A stretch of 64,000 nt of DNA, from assembly GCA_965368975.1 (NCBI GenBank), contig CBDUPA010000004.1, forward strand, positions 32,001-96,000, in the 5' to 3' direction. Of the stretch, positions 25,016 through 34,449 are shown one piece after another. Position 1 is the first letter of the stretch; each line of letters opens with the position of its first letter. The notes under the pieces were generated by a model. It was not told where the DNA came from and did no database searches. It saw only the letters and a list, made by a program, of their open reading frames with translations. Source of the stretch: an uncultured bacterium. Its GTDB lineage: Bacteria; Acidobacteriota; Thermoanaerobaculia; Multivoradales; JAHZIX01. A program made the position numbers and the translations under genes.

Positions 25016-26242
25016 TCAGCGGCCGCTGGGGGCCGTGTGGCTGCGTCGCTGGATTGCCGATTCGCCAGCGACCGCGGTGCGGTCTCGGCCGTTTTCCTTG
25101 GCCACGTACATGGCGGCGTCCGCCAGGCGCAGAAGGGTGCTCTTGCAGGTCTCGATCGACGGGGTGCCGCCGCTCTTGGTGACGTGGCTGTGTAGGGTCG
25201 CGACGCCGATCGAGCAGGTCAGGCCGGTGAGGTTCAGGGGTTCCAGCTGGATCTCTCCGGGGCGTTCGCTGAAGGTGGTTGACGGCATCGTCTCGCGGAT
25301 CGTTTCGGCGAGTTCGACGGCTTCGTCGAGGTCCGTCTCTGGCAGCACCAGTACGAACTCGTCGCCGCCATAGCGCGCCGCCATGTCCTTGGAGTTGCGC
25401 AGGCAGCGCTTGAGCAGCTGGCCGAACTCGCGCAAGACCTGGCTGCCGGCGAGGTGGCCGTGGGTATCGTTGACGTTCTTGAAGCGGTCGAGATCGAGAA
25501 ATACGACGGCGAGATCTTGGTTCTTTTGCAGACCGACTTCGATCGAGTGGGTCAGCGCGATGTGCAGGTAGCGATCGTTGTACAGACCGGTGAGGTTGTC
25601 GCGCTTGGCGATCTCCTGTGCCTGGCGGCCATCGAGCACGTTCTGGATCGAGATGGCGATGTAGCCGGCGAAGATCTCGAGCAGGTTGCGGTCGACTTCG
25701 CTGTAGCCGCTGGCGTGTTGGCGGTTGATCAACTCCAGGACGCCACACACCGACTTCTCGATGCGCACCGGGATGGCGATCAGCGACTCGGTGGTGTACT
25801 CGATGTCGGCGTCGACTTCCGGATAGAAGAAGCGGTCTGAGCGCACGTCGTGGCTGCAGTACGTCGTGCCTGTCAGGTAGACGTGTCCGGCGATGCCTTC
25901 GGACGCTGGGATGACCTTGCCGACCAGTTCGTTGGAGCGGTCACCGAAGGCGGCGATGAAGGTCAGCGATCCTTTGAGTCGGTCTTCCCACTTGGTCGCC
26001 GGATTGTCGAGCAGGATCGATCCAGCCGCTGAAGGCACGAACTCATTGGCGCGACGCAGAACCTCTGTGAGGTTCTCTGCCAGGCTGAGTTCCAGCGGAA
26101 AGTTGGGCTTGGCTCGCCGGCGGTCGAGGAAACGCTCCAGCTCCAGCGGATCGAGGCAGTTGTATTCGGGCACGTGAAACCTGCGCTTCAGGTCTGCTCG
26201 GTCATGTCGAACCTGCAGGATCGAACTTTGGGATTGGCTCAA
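25016..26242 (-). CDS. GAF-sensor diguanylate cyclase
   Basis: GAF region (GIAGHV..SLIAIPV..GVLELIN), then D.LTGLYN, DLDRFKNVNDTHGH..G and ARYGGDEF. Start uncertain. Confidence 0.88.
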   Translation of the reverse strand: MSQSQSSILQVRHDRADLKRRFHVPEYNCLDPLELERFLDRRRAKPNFPLELSLAENLTEVLRRANEFVPSAAGSILLDNPATKWEDRLKGSLTFIAAFGDRSNELVGKVIPASEGIAGHVYLTGTTYCSHDVRSDRFFYPEVDADIEYTTESLIAIPVRIEKSVCGVLELINRQHASGYSEVDRNLLEIFAGYIAISIQNVLDGRQAQEIAKRDNLTGLYNDRYLHIALTHSIEVGLQKNQDLAVVFLDLDRFKNVNDTHGHLAGSQVLREFGQLLKRCLRNSKDMAARYGGDEFVLVLPETDLDEAVELAETIRETMPSTTFSERPGEIQLEPLNLTGLTCSIGVATLHSHVTKSGGTPSIETCKSTLLRLADAAMYVAKENGRDRTAVAGESAIQRRSHTAPSGR

Positions 26243-26367
26243 GAGTCAGGTGTTCTGCTACTGCCGCAGCAGGCAGAGGAGCAGCATACCAGATCCCCAG
26301 CCACGGTAGCGTGTGCCGCGGCTGTGCTGGTTGGGCGGGGTGAATCATGGCAGAATCCGTGGCAGCG

Positions 26368-27132
26368 ATGATTCCTCTGCGTGACACTCTGCCGAGCGAG
26401 CGTACCCCGGTCGTGACCTGGACGCTGATTGCTTTCAACGTGCTGGTCTTCGTGTATCAGGTCGGCCTGAGTCCGGAGGAGCTGCGCACGCTCTTCTACA
26501 CCTATGGCCTGGTGCCGGCGGCCTACACACACAGTGGCTGGGCGGAACAGGCCGGCTTACAGGTGAGCCTGGTGCCGCTGTTCAGCAATGCCTTTCTACA
26601 CGGTGGCTTCCTGCACCTGCTGGGCAATATGTGGATGCTGTGGATCTTCGGTGACAATGTCGAGGATCGCATGGGGCGCTGGCGTTTCCTCGTCTTTTAT
26701 GTCGCCTGCGGCATGGCCGCGACCCTGCTGCACGTGCTGGCCAACCAAGACTCGCAGATCCCGGTGCTGGGAGCGTCCGGCGCCATCGCGGGCGTCCTGG
26801 GGGCGTACTTCGTGTTCTACCCGGGCGCCCGGGTCCTCGCTTTCCTGCCCATCCTCTTCTATCCGCTGTTCTTTCGTCTGCCGGCACCAGTCTTCATTGG
26901 ACTGTGGCTGCTGACGCAGGTGGTCAGCGGTACACTGGAATGGGTCGGTAACGTGGCTTCCGGCATTGCTTGGTGGGCGCACATCGGTGGCTTTCTGGCG
27001 GGCGTGGCACTGCATCGGTTGTTCATGCAGCCGCAGCGGCGCTATCGGCGAGTGGTCTATCCTTGGGGGCCGCAGGGTCCTGCTGCTGTTGAGTACCGAG
27101 CGCGACGCGACGATTTGACGTCGACGTGGTGA
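26368..27132 (+). CDS. Rhomboid family intramembrane serine protease
   Basis: MIPLRD start, FLHGGFLHLLGNM, FGDNVED, GASGAI, WWAHIGGF. Confidence 0.9.
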   Translation: MIPLRDTLPSERTPVVTWTLIAFNVLVFVYQVGLSPEELRTLFYTYGLVPAAYTHSGWAEQAGLQVSLVPLFSNAFLHGGFLHLLGNMWMLWIFGDNVEDRMGRWRFLVFYVACGMAATLLHVLANQDSQIPVLGASGAIAGVLGAYFVFYPGARVLAFLPILFYPLFFRLPAPVFIGLWLLTQVVSGTLEWVGNVASGIAWWAHIGGFLAGVALHRLFMQPQRRYRRVVYPWGPQGPAAVEYRARRDDLTSTW

Positions 27133-27187
27133 TCGATTCCTGCGGACTACCTGATCTGTCGAGTTGACTTGTCGATGAGGAGCTAGA

Positions 27188-27601
27188 GTGCCGATGATCC
27201 GCGAGCTGAGCGTCCGAACCGGAGGTCAAGACCTCTACGAGATCACTGCCGACGTGGCACGGGTGGTGGCCGACAGTGGGCAGGAGGAGGGCCTCTGCAC
27301 GGTCTTCATCTGCCATACTTCGGCCAGCCTGACGATTCAGGAAAACGCGGATCCGGCTGTGCGCCGCGATTTGCGGGAATGGTTGCGCCGCCTGGTGCCC
27401 GAGAACGATGCGCTCTACACCCACACGGAGGAAGGGCCCGACGACATGCCGTCGCACATCAAGGGGGCGCTGACCGACGTGTCGCTGTCGATTCCCATCC
27501 TTGGCGGTCGCTTGGTGTTGGGTACTTGGCAAGGCATTTTCGTGTGGGAGCATCGGGACCACCGCAGTGATCGCCGCGTGGTCGTCCATGTCGGTCCCTG
27601 A
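27188..27601 (+). CDS. yjbQ: YjbQ/UPF0047 family protein
   Basis: HTSASLTIQENADP, HTEEGPDDMPSHIK, LGTWQGIF..EH. Confidence 0.88.
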   Translation: MPMIRELSVRTGGQDLYEITADVARVVADSGQEEGLCTVFICHTSASLTIQENADPAVRRDLREWLRRLVPENDALYTHTEEGPDDMPSHIKGALTDVSLSIPILGGRLVLGTWQGIFVWEHRDHRSDRRVVVHVGP

Positions 27602-27633
27602 AGGGCCACTGGACTTCTGAGGGAGCTATTTCG

Positions 27634-28374
27634 ATGATCTGTCTCAGCGTCAACGTCAACAAGATTGCCACTCTGCGCAACGCCCGTGGCGGCCAGCGGC
27701 CGTCGGTGACAGCGTTCGCGCGCGCCGCCATCGAAGCGGGAGCCCACGGCATCACCGTCCACCCGCGTCCGGACGAACGGCACATTCGCTATCAAGATGC
27801 CCTCGATCTGGTCGAGGTGGTGGCGGAAGGTGGCGTGGAGTACAACATCGAGGGGTACCCGGATCGCCGCTACCTCGACCTCGTGCACCGCGTGCGACCG
27901 ACACAGGCGACGCTGGTGCCGGATCCGCCAGACGTGCTGACCAGCAATGCTGGTTGGGACGCGGCCGCGCACCAGGAGTTCCTGCGTGACGTGGTCGCCG
28001 AACTGCACGAGAGTGGTGCTCGGGTCTCGCTTTTCCTGGAAACCGAGCTGCCGAAGGTCGACGCCGCGGCAGCTACCGGTGCCGATCGTATCGAACTCTA
28101 CACCGGTCCCTATGCCGAGGCGCACGCTGCCGGAGATGCTGAGGCCGCGTATGCTGAGTACGCGCGCGCGGCGCGGCATGCCCTCGACTGTGGCCTCGGT
28201 CTCAATGCTGGTCACGACCTGGATCTCGACAATCTGATTCGTTTCCGCGACCTGCCCGGTCTGCAGGAAGTATCGATCGGTCACGCCCTGACCTGCGACG
28301 CCCTCGAGCGAGGCTGGCGCGCTACCGTCGAGGCCTATTTGCGGGTGCTGCGGGCCGCCATGGCGGAGGATTGA
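27634..28374 (+). CDS. pdxJ: Pyridoxine 5'-phosphate synthase
   Basis: LSVNVNKIATLRNAR, ITVHPRPDERHI, TLVP, IELYTG, NAGHDL, EVSIGH. Confidence 0.93.
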   Translation: MICLSVNVNKIATLRNARGGQRPSVTAFARAAIEAGAHGITVHPRPDERHIRYQDALDLVEVVAEGGVEYNIEGYPDRRYLDLVHRVRPTQATLVPDPPDVLTSNAGWDAAAHQEFLRDVVAELHESGARVSLFLETELPKVDAAAATGADRIELYTGPYAEAHAAGDAEAAYAEYARAARHALDCGLGLNAGHDLDLDNLIRFRDLPGLQEVSIGHALTCDALERGWRATVEAYLRVLRAAMAED

Positions 28375-28727
28375 AATGCACCGCGTCCTGTGGTCAAAAC
28401 GAAATTCTCTAAAAAAGACGTCCCGCTGTGGAGGTCGAGCCTCACTAGAACAGGGTGAGGGGAGTTTCTCCCTTTGTACTAAGGCACTGCAGATGTCACT
28501 GAAGAATCCGGGGGTTGAAGGACGGCCTGTCGGACCTGATACTCGAAGTGACGACCGTCCTGGATGCTATTTCGATAAGCTTCGGCTTGTCGGGGCTGCG
28601 AGGAGACGAGTTGAGTTCGGATACATCGACGACGGCGAGTGGGCAAATCCAGCTACCGGAGCAATTCCTCGGTGGCCTGCTTGGGGTCTCGCTTACATCC
28701 TTGGCGGGTGGGGAAAAGGAGTTCGGA

Positions 28728-29171
28728 ATGTCTGACGGTCCACCGATCACGATCCTCTTGGTGGAGGACGATCCCGGGCATGCCCGCCTGATCGAGAAGA
28801 ACCTCCGCCGAGCGACGGTGACCAACGAGATCGTGCAGGTCAGCGACGGCCAGGCTGCCGTCGACTTCCTGTTCAGCGAAGGTGATTACCACGGCAGCGA
28901 GCGCCCGACACGCTTGTTGGTGCTGCTGGATCTGAACCTGCCCGGTCTGGATGGCTACCAGGTGCTGCGGCGCGTCAAGGAAGATCCGGTGACGCAGCGC
29001 ATTCCCGTCGTCGTGCTGACGACGACCGAGGATAGCCGTGAGGTCGACAGGTGCTACGAACTCGGATGTAGCATCTTCGTCACCAAGCCCGTGAACTATG
29101 AGCAGTTCGCTGATACCATGAGGCGTCTGGGCCAGATCTTGTCGATTGTTCAGATCCCGAACGGCGAATAG
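28728..29171 (+). CDS. Single-domain response regulator (Rcp1-like)
   Basis: ATG 28728 with AAGGAG RBS. ILLVEDD, LLDLNLP, IPVVVLTT, TKPV. Confidence 0.88.
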   Translation: MSDGPPITILLVEDDPGHARLIEKNLRRATVTNEIVQVSDGQAAVDFLFSEGDYHGSERPTRLLVLLDLNLPGLDGYQVLRRVKEDPVTQRIPVVVLTTTEDSREVDRCYELGCSIFVTKPVNYEQFADTMRRLGQILSIVQIPNGE

Positions 29172-29235
29172 GCGAAGAAGTCGCCATGAACCCTGGAGCC
29201 GCCATTCGAGGAACAGTGAGCCTGAGAGCCAGCGC

Positions 29236-29300
29236 GAGCCGAGACGCCACCACGAGCCGAGACGCCACGACGATTCGAGAAGTCACGACGAGCCGAGAGA
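29236..29300. repeat. 18-bp tandem repeat (about 3.5 copies) between the response regulator and the hybrid kinase
   Basis: GAGCCGAGACGCCACCAC / GAGCCGAGACGCCACGAC / GATTCGAGAAGTCACGAC / GAGCCGAGAG. Confidence 0.75.
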
Positions 29301-29304
29301 GATA

Positions 29305-31425
29305 ATGTCGAGTAGTCAGCCGCAGCAGCGAGTCCGTCTGCCAGGCCTGGAGAGTCTTCGGCAGAGCGCAGGGGAGAGGTCGAGCGAGGCGGACCGTCCA
29401 GCGGGTACCGCCAACCAGCCTGGAGGTACGGATTCTCCGGCCGGTTCCCGGCCGCGCGGCGGGTCTGATGAAGCGGTGCGCATCCTCTACATGGAGGACG
29501 ACGCGGGTCTGGCACGCCTGTTCCAGAAGCGCTTGCAGCGCTTGGGCTACGAGATCGACCTTGCCGCCGATGGTCAGGAAGGTCTGGAGTGTTTCGACCG
29601 TCAGAAGTACGACATCCTGGCCATCGACTACAAGATGCCGGTGTGTGATGGTCTCGAAGTGATCAGCCTGCTCGCCTCGCGCGGCCGTGTGCCTCCCACC
29701 ATCATGCTGACCGCCAACGGCGACGAGGCGGTGGCGGTCGAGGCGCTGAAACTGGGGGCTAGCGACTACATTGTCAAGGACGCTGCTGGTGGCTATATCC
29801 GCTTGTTGCCGTCTGTGATCGAGCGGTTGCTCGAGAAGCGGCGCCTGGAAGAGACGCGCCACAATGCCCTCGACGCCCTGCGGCAGAGCGAAGAGCGCTT
29901 GCGTGCGGTGACGCAGTCGGCCAGTGACGCGATCATCAGCTTCGATGGACAGGGTCGCATCATCCTGTGGAACCGCCACGCCGAGTCGCTGTTCGGGTAC
30001 ACCCTGGAAGAGGCGCAGCAGCTCTCGATCTCGCGCATCCTGCCCGAGCGCTTCCAGGCGCTGGTCAACCAGCAGCTGGAGAGCCTGGCGGGCGGCACCG
30101 GCGCGATTCCTGTGCCTACCGCGGTTTCCGGCCACTCAGGGCAAGGCCAGCCTAGCCAAGCGGTCGAGATGGCGGCACTTCGGAAAGACGGCCGAGAGGT
30201 ACCGGTGGAGGCTGCATTCTCGAGCTGGCGTAGCGGGCAAGAGACGTTCTACACCGCTATCCTGCGCGACATCACGGATCGTCAGCGCACTCAGGAAGCT
30301 CTACAGGAAGCGGCTCGTCTGGATGCCACGGCGACGCTCGCCGGCGGCATTGCCAACCAGTTCAACAACCTGCTGTTCGGCGTGCTCGGCAATACCGAGC
30401 TCTTGCAGATGCGCCTGGCCGATCGGCCCGACGTGACCGGCCGCCTGGAGATGATCTCGCAGCAGGCTCAGCGTGCCAGCGAGTTGGTGCAGCAGATGCT
30501 CGCCTTCGCGCGCCGCGGTCAGTACCAGCCTGTGGTGGTCAACCTCAACGACACCGTGCGCAAGACGGTGCAGTCCACTCAGGTGCGGGACGGCATCGAG
30601 GTCAACTTCGAGACCGACACGAGCCTTTGGCGGATCTCCGCGGACCCGACGCAACTGGCGCAGCTGATGGCCAACCTGCTGGCGAACGCTGCCGAGGCCC
30701 TCGATCAGCGTGCTGATGGTCGCGTGGCCATCTCGACGCGCAACGTTGTGATCGACGAGCGGCGCACCGACGTACCGGAACTCGAGTCGGGGCCCTACGT
30801 CTGCCTGGCGGTGACCGACAACGGCAGTGGCATGAGTCCCGACGTGCTGGCCAAGATTTACGCGCCCTTCTTCACCACCAAGTTCCAGGGCCGCGGCCTC
30901 GGTATGGCGGCGGTGTGGGGCATCGTGCGGCACCATGGTGGCCACATCGACATCGAGAGCGAGGTTGGCCAGGGCACGAAGATTCATGTCTACCTGCCGG
31001 CGATCGACTCCGAGATGCGCTTGAGCAGCACGCCGGAGCGTCGCATGCCGGTGCCGGGGGGCAACGAGACCGTGCTGGTCGTCGACGAAGAAGAGGTCTT
31101 CATCTCGGTCACGCGCGAGTTCCTCGAGATGCTGGGCTACCGCGTGCTGGAAGCCACCACGGGTGGCGAAGCCGTGGAGCTGGCCGAGCAACATGGCGGC
31201 AGCATCGACCTGGCGCTGCTGGACACCAACTTGACCTCGATGAATCCCGTCAGCACCTATGCTCAGCTGGTCGCCGCGCGCCCGGAGATCCGTATCATCC
31301 TGTGCTCCAGCGATGCCGATCAGACCGCGAATTCCCTGCTCGAAGCCGGTGCCAGCGCCTTCTTGCGCAAGCCGTTCGGCCTCGACCTCATGGGGCTGGA
31401 GATTCGCCGAGCCCTCGACGGCTGA
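29305..31425 (+). CDS. Hybrid sensor kinase-like protein REC-PAS-HisKA-HATPase-REC lacking the H-box histidine
   Basis: N-terminal REC (MEDD, IDYKMP), PAS (DAIISFD..WN..AE.LFGY), H-box LAGGIANQFNNLL, N box NLLANA, DNGSGM, FFTTK, GRGLG, C-terminal REC. Start uncertain. Confidence 0.85.
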   Translation: MSSSQPQQRVRLPGLESLRQSAGERSSEADRPAGTANQPGGTDSPAGSRPRGGSDEAVRILYMEDDAGLARLFQKRLQRLGYEIDLAADGQEGLECFDRQKYDILAIDYKMPVCDGLEVISLLASRGRVPPTIMLTANGDEAVAVEALKLGASDYIVKDAAGGYIRLLPSVIERLLEKRRLEETRHNALDALRQSEERLRAVTQSASDAIISFDGQGRIILWNRHAESLFGYTLEEAQQLSISRILPERFQALVNQQLESLAGGTGAIPVPTAVSGHSGQGQPSQAVEMAALRKDGREVPVEAAFSSWRSGQETFYTAILRDITDRQRTQEALQEAARLDATATLAGGIANQFNNLLFGVLGNTELLQMRLADRPDVTGRLEMISQQAQRASELVQQMLAFARRGQYQPVVVNLNDTVRKTVQSTQVRDGIEVNFETDTSLWRISADPTQLAQLMANLLANAAEALDQRADGRVAISTRNVVIDERRTDVPELESGPYVCLAVTDNGSGMSPDVLAKIYAPFFTTKFQGRGLGMAAVWGIVRHHGGHIDIESEVGQGTKIHVYLPAIDSEMRLSSTPERRMPVPGGNETVLVVDEEEVFISVTREFLEMLGYRVLEATTGGEAVELAEQHGGSIDLALLDTNLTSMNPVSTYAQLVAARPEIRIILCSSDADQTANSLLEAGASAFLRKPFGLDLMGLEIRRALDG

Positions 31426-31522
31426 CCCGAAGGGCGGTGGGTCGAGGTTGGCGGGCCAGCCCTGACAGGATGACCAGTACGGTCGCGCCGTCGCTGGTGC
31501 GGCACGACCAAGGAGACCCGAC

Positions 31523-32170
31523 ATGAAACGCTTGTCCGCTGCCGTGTCCGCCCTCGTTCTTCTTGCGTCCTTGCTGTCGCTGAGCGTCTTCAGCAGTACT
31601 CCGTTGAGAGCCCAAGGCGGTGAAGATGCCGCTGGTGCAGCCCAGCGGATCGTGCCCGCCAAGCACATGATCCTGCTCTTTCACGATCGTCGCACCTTCA
31701 ACGAGAGCGCGGCCAATGCACAGGGCTTGCTGGTCCGGCAGGGGCAGGAGCTGCGGCAGATGCTGGCGACCCTCCAGGACGACCAGTACGCGGCGGTGAT
31801 CAGCTGCGGCGGCACCGAGATGCGTGTGCTGCAGGACTTCACGCAGAATTTCGAGGATCTGGCCCAGGCCATCGACGCCGCTCTGCGCGGCAAGGGGAAC
31901 GAGTCCCTACCGGGGCAGGGCGCGGTCTCGCTCCTGGACCACCTGCCGGCTGCCACTAACGATGCCGGCAGCTTCTATGCGGCCCTCTCCGCCTTGGCAG
32001 AGGGGTTGACGGCGGTCCAGGAACCGGTCTTTCTTACCATCATCGGTGAGATCCCGCGCCTGGGCGATCGCGCGGACGACCTCGAAGGCGATCTGATGCG
32101 CAAGAACGAGCTGGAAGAAAAGCTGCGCGCCGCCAACGTCCACCTGGTGGTGATTCCGATGAGCGGCTGA
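31523..32170 (+). CDS. Secreted hypothetical protein with a degenerate vWA-like fold
   Basis: Signal peptide ending LRA-Q. HMILLFHD, VLQDFT and terminal LRAANVHLVVI resemble Acidobacterial vWA-related domains, without MIDAS. Confidence 0.6.
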   Translation: MKRLSAAVSALVLLASLLSLSVFSSTPLRAQGGEDAAGAAQRIVPAKHMILLFHDRRTFNESAANAQGLLVRQGQELRQMLATLQDDQYAAVISCGGTEMRVLQDFTQNFEDLAQAIDAALRGKGNESLPGQGAVSLLDHLPAATNDAGSFYAALSALAEGLTAVQEPVFLTIIGEIPRLGDRADDLEGDLMRKNELEEKLRAANVHLVVIPMSG

Positions 32171-32199
32171 GGTCTCTGCAGCATCTCCAGAAGGGTGAG

Positions 32200-33450
32200 C
32201 TACCGGTTCAACTCGTCGACGGCGGCCTGTATCCCGCGTAGCGTCAGGTCTTCCATCGGGAAGACATCGGCGATGCGTTGCAGGGTGTGCCGCCCGTAGG
32301 TGCCGGCCCAGGCGTCCTTCGGAATCGGGTTGAGCCAGACACTGTGGCGGAAGCGCTCGCGCAAGCGTTCGAGCCAGACGATGCTGGGTTCTTCGTCGTC
32401 GGCATCCCAGGACAGCGCGCCGCGCTGCGATATCAGTTCCGAAGGGGCCATGCAGGCGTCACCAACGACCAGCAGGCGGGTCTCGCGTGAACCTTGCAGC
32501 AGCTTGGCCACCGGCAACGGCTTGCTGCGCCGAGGGTCGCTGTAGACGGTGCCGTAGATGGTGTTGTGGAAGTAGCCGATCTGCAGGTCTTGGAAGCGGT
32601 CGCGCAGCTTGGTGAACAGCAGGCGGGTGAGGTGGACCCAGGGCAGCATCGACGTGCCGCCGTTGTCGAGCAGCAGCAAGACGCGGATCTTGTCGCGCAG
32701 CTGCTGGCGGAAGACCAGGTCGATCTCGCCGCCGTTGCGGGCGCTGACGTAGACGGTCTCGTCGATGTCCAGCTCGTTGCGCGGTCCACCTGGCTTCATG
32801 TGTCGGAGCATGCCCAGAGCCTGGCGGATGTTGTGCCCTTGCAGCGTGGTGGCATCCGAGTAGTCGACGTAGCGTCGCTCGCCGATCACCTTGAGAGCCG
32901 AGCGATTGCGGCTCTCGCCGTGCACCCGCACACCACCCTTGGAAAAGCCCGAGTGCCCGAACGGCGACGTGCCGCCGGTACCGACCCACCGTTTCCCGCC
33001 GTGATGCTCCTCCATCTGCTCGCGCACCGTGTCCCAGAAGCGCCGCATCAGCTCCTCGGGTGGCATCTGCCACAGTGCGTAGGGCGGCACCTCGGCGCGC
33101 TGGATCGCCTGCTGCAGCCAGCCCAGGAACTCGGGAGTTTGCAACAGCTCGGGGTCGCCCTCGGCCACGCGCGGTAGCTCTAGGTCGTAGAAGTAGAGGG
33201 CGAAGGCGCGCTCGAAGGTGTCGAGCTGTTCGGGGCGCTTGACGAACACCAGCCGCGCCAGCACGAAGAGACTCTCCAGATTCTGCCCCATGCCGCGCTC
33301 GAGCGCCTGGTAGAAGTCGAGGATCTCCTGCAAGCCGATCGCGATGCCGTTCTCGCGCAGCAGGAAAAAGAAGCCCTGGTAGGGGCCACCCGGGGGTGGC
33401 GCACTGTCGGTGGGGTCGAGCTGGGCGTCAGGGGTCGGAGTGTCGCTCAT
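32200..33450 (-). CDS. vWA/CoxE-family protein (MoxR partner)
   Basis: HHGGKRWVGTGGTSPFGHSG, ELDIDET, LLLLDNGGTSM, YFHN, VGDACMAP.EL, VWLNP. Confidence 0.85.
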   Translation of the reverse strand: MSDTPTPDAQLDPTDSAPPPGGPYQGFFFLLRENGIAIGLQEILDFYQALERGMGQNLESLFVLARLVFVKRPEQLDTFERAFALYFYDLELPRVAEGDPELLQTPEFLGWLQQAIQRAEVPPYALWQMPPEELMRRFWDTVREQMEEHHGGKRWVGTGGTSPFGHSGFSKGGVRVHGESRNRSALKVIGERRYVDYSDATTLQGHNIRQALGMLRHMKPGGPRNELDIDETVYVSARNGGEIDLVFRQQLRDKIRVLLLLDNGGTSMLPWVHLTRLLFTKLRDRFQDLQIGYFHNTIYGTVYSDPRRSKPLPVAKLLQGSRETRLLVVGDACMAPSELISQRGALSWDADDEEPSIVWLERLRERFRHSVWLNPIPKDAWAGTYGRHTLQRIADVFPMEDLTLRGIQAAVDELNR

Positions 33451-33469
33451 GGAGGAGTTACCGGGTGCG

Positions 33470-34354
33470 TCAGTTCCAGGGAGACTTCTTCTTGCCGGCG
33501 CGTTCGTCGAGGCGGTGCTTGTTCTGCCGGTAGTCGAGAATGTCACCGGTGCGCTTGAGCAGGGTGCCGAGGAAGGGTACGTCGCGATTGTCCTTCAGTC
33601 CCCCAGCCTGCAGGTCCGTGCCGCTGGCCTGCAGGGCGCCCAGCCAGTCCAGGAGTTCACTCGTCGCCGGTGCCTTCTCGAACTCCTGCGCGCGTAGCTG
33701 GTAGAAGATCTCCAGCGCCGGCTCGAGCAGGGACGCAGCGACCTTCGGGAAGTGCAGGTCCACGATCTCGCGCATCTCTTCTGGGTTGGGGAATGGGATG
33801 TGGTGGCAGAAGCAGCGGCGCAGGAAGGGGTCGGAGAGCTCTCGCTTGGCATTGGAAGTGAGCAGGATCAGCGGTCGCTGCCTGGCCTTGATCACCTGGT
33901 TCACCTCGCGGATGGTGAACTCGCATTCTTCGAGCACGTCGAGCAGGTTGTCCTGTACGTCGCTCTCGGTCTTGTCGATCTCGTCGAGCAAGAGCACCAC
34001 GCGTTCGTCACTGCGGAAGGCGCGGCCGATCGGGCCCCAGATCACGTAGTCGAAGAACTTGTCGACGTTGCGGCCGGTCTCGCCGGGACCGAAGCGGGCG
34101 TCGTTGAGGCGCAGCACGGTGTCTTGCACGTAACAGACTTCCTCGCCCTTGATCGTCGACTTGGCGCGCAGCACCTCGATCGGCATCTCCAGTGATCGAC
34201 TGATCTCGAACGCCAGCTGCGTCTTGCCGGTGCCGGCCTCGCCGGTCAGCAGCAGGGGTTTCTCCATCGCTATGGCGATGTTGACGATCGCCTGCAGCTC
34301 GGGATTGATGTAGTACTTGTCGGTGCCAGTGAATCTAGTGCCGGCGAACTTCAT
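33470..34354 (-). CDS. MoxR-family AAA+ ATPase
   Basis: PLLLTGEAGTGKT, LLDEIDK, TSNAKRELSDPFLRRC, PATSELLDW. Confidence 0.9.
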   Translation of the reverse strand: MKFAGTRFTGTDKYYINPELQAIVNIAIAMEKPLLLTGEAGTGKTQLAFEISRSLEMPIEVLRAKSTIKGEEVCYVQDTVLRLNDARFGPGETGRNVDKFFDYVIWGPIGRAFRSDERVVLLLDEIDKTESDVQDNLLDVLEECEFTIREVNQVIKARQRPLILLTSNAKRELSDPFLRRCFCHHIPFPNPEEMREIVDLHFPKVAASLLEPALEIFYQLRAQEFEKAPATSELLDWLGALQASGTDLQAGGLKDNRDVPFLGTLLKRTGDILDYRQNKHRLDERAGKKKSPWN

Positions 34355-34449
34355 GTGGGGCTGTTCTCCTGAGGCGGGATCGTTCTCGGCCTGGAATCGG
34401 CCGTCGAGATCGTGCAGCCTATCAAACAGCCCTGCTACCATCTGCCGCC

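Noticed and set aside
28515-28727. N-terminal extension of the response regulator, and ORF 28376-28735
   Set aside because: A strong RBS precedes ATG 28728. The upstream translations have no recognisable motifs.
32200-34354. MoxR-vWA pair as a ternary conflict system
   Set aside because: It looks like the common two-gene MoxR/CoxE chaperone module, with no effector or third component adjacent.
34355-34449. Cobalamin riboswitch or Fur box upstream of the BtuF/FecCD-type transporter
   Set aside because: The spacer is under 100 bp and shows no B12-box or Fur-like palindrome, so the substrate stays unassigned.
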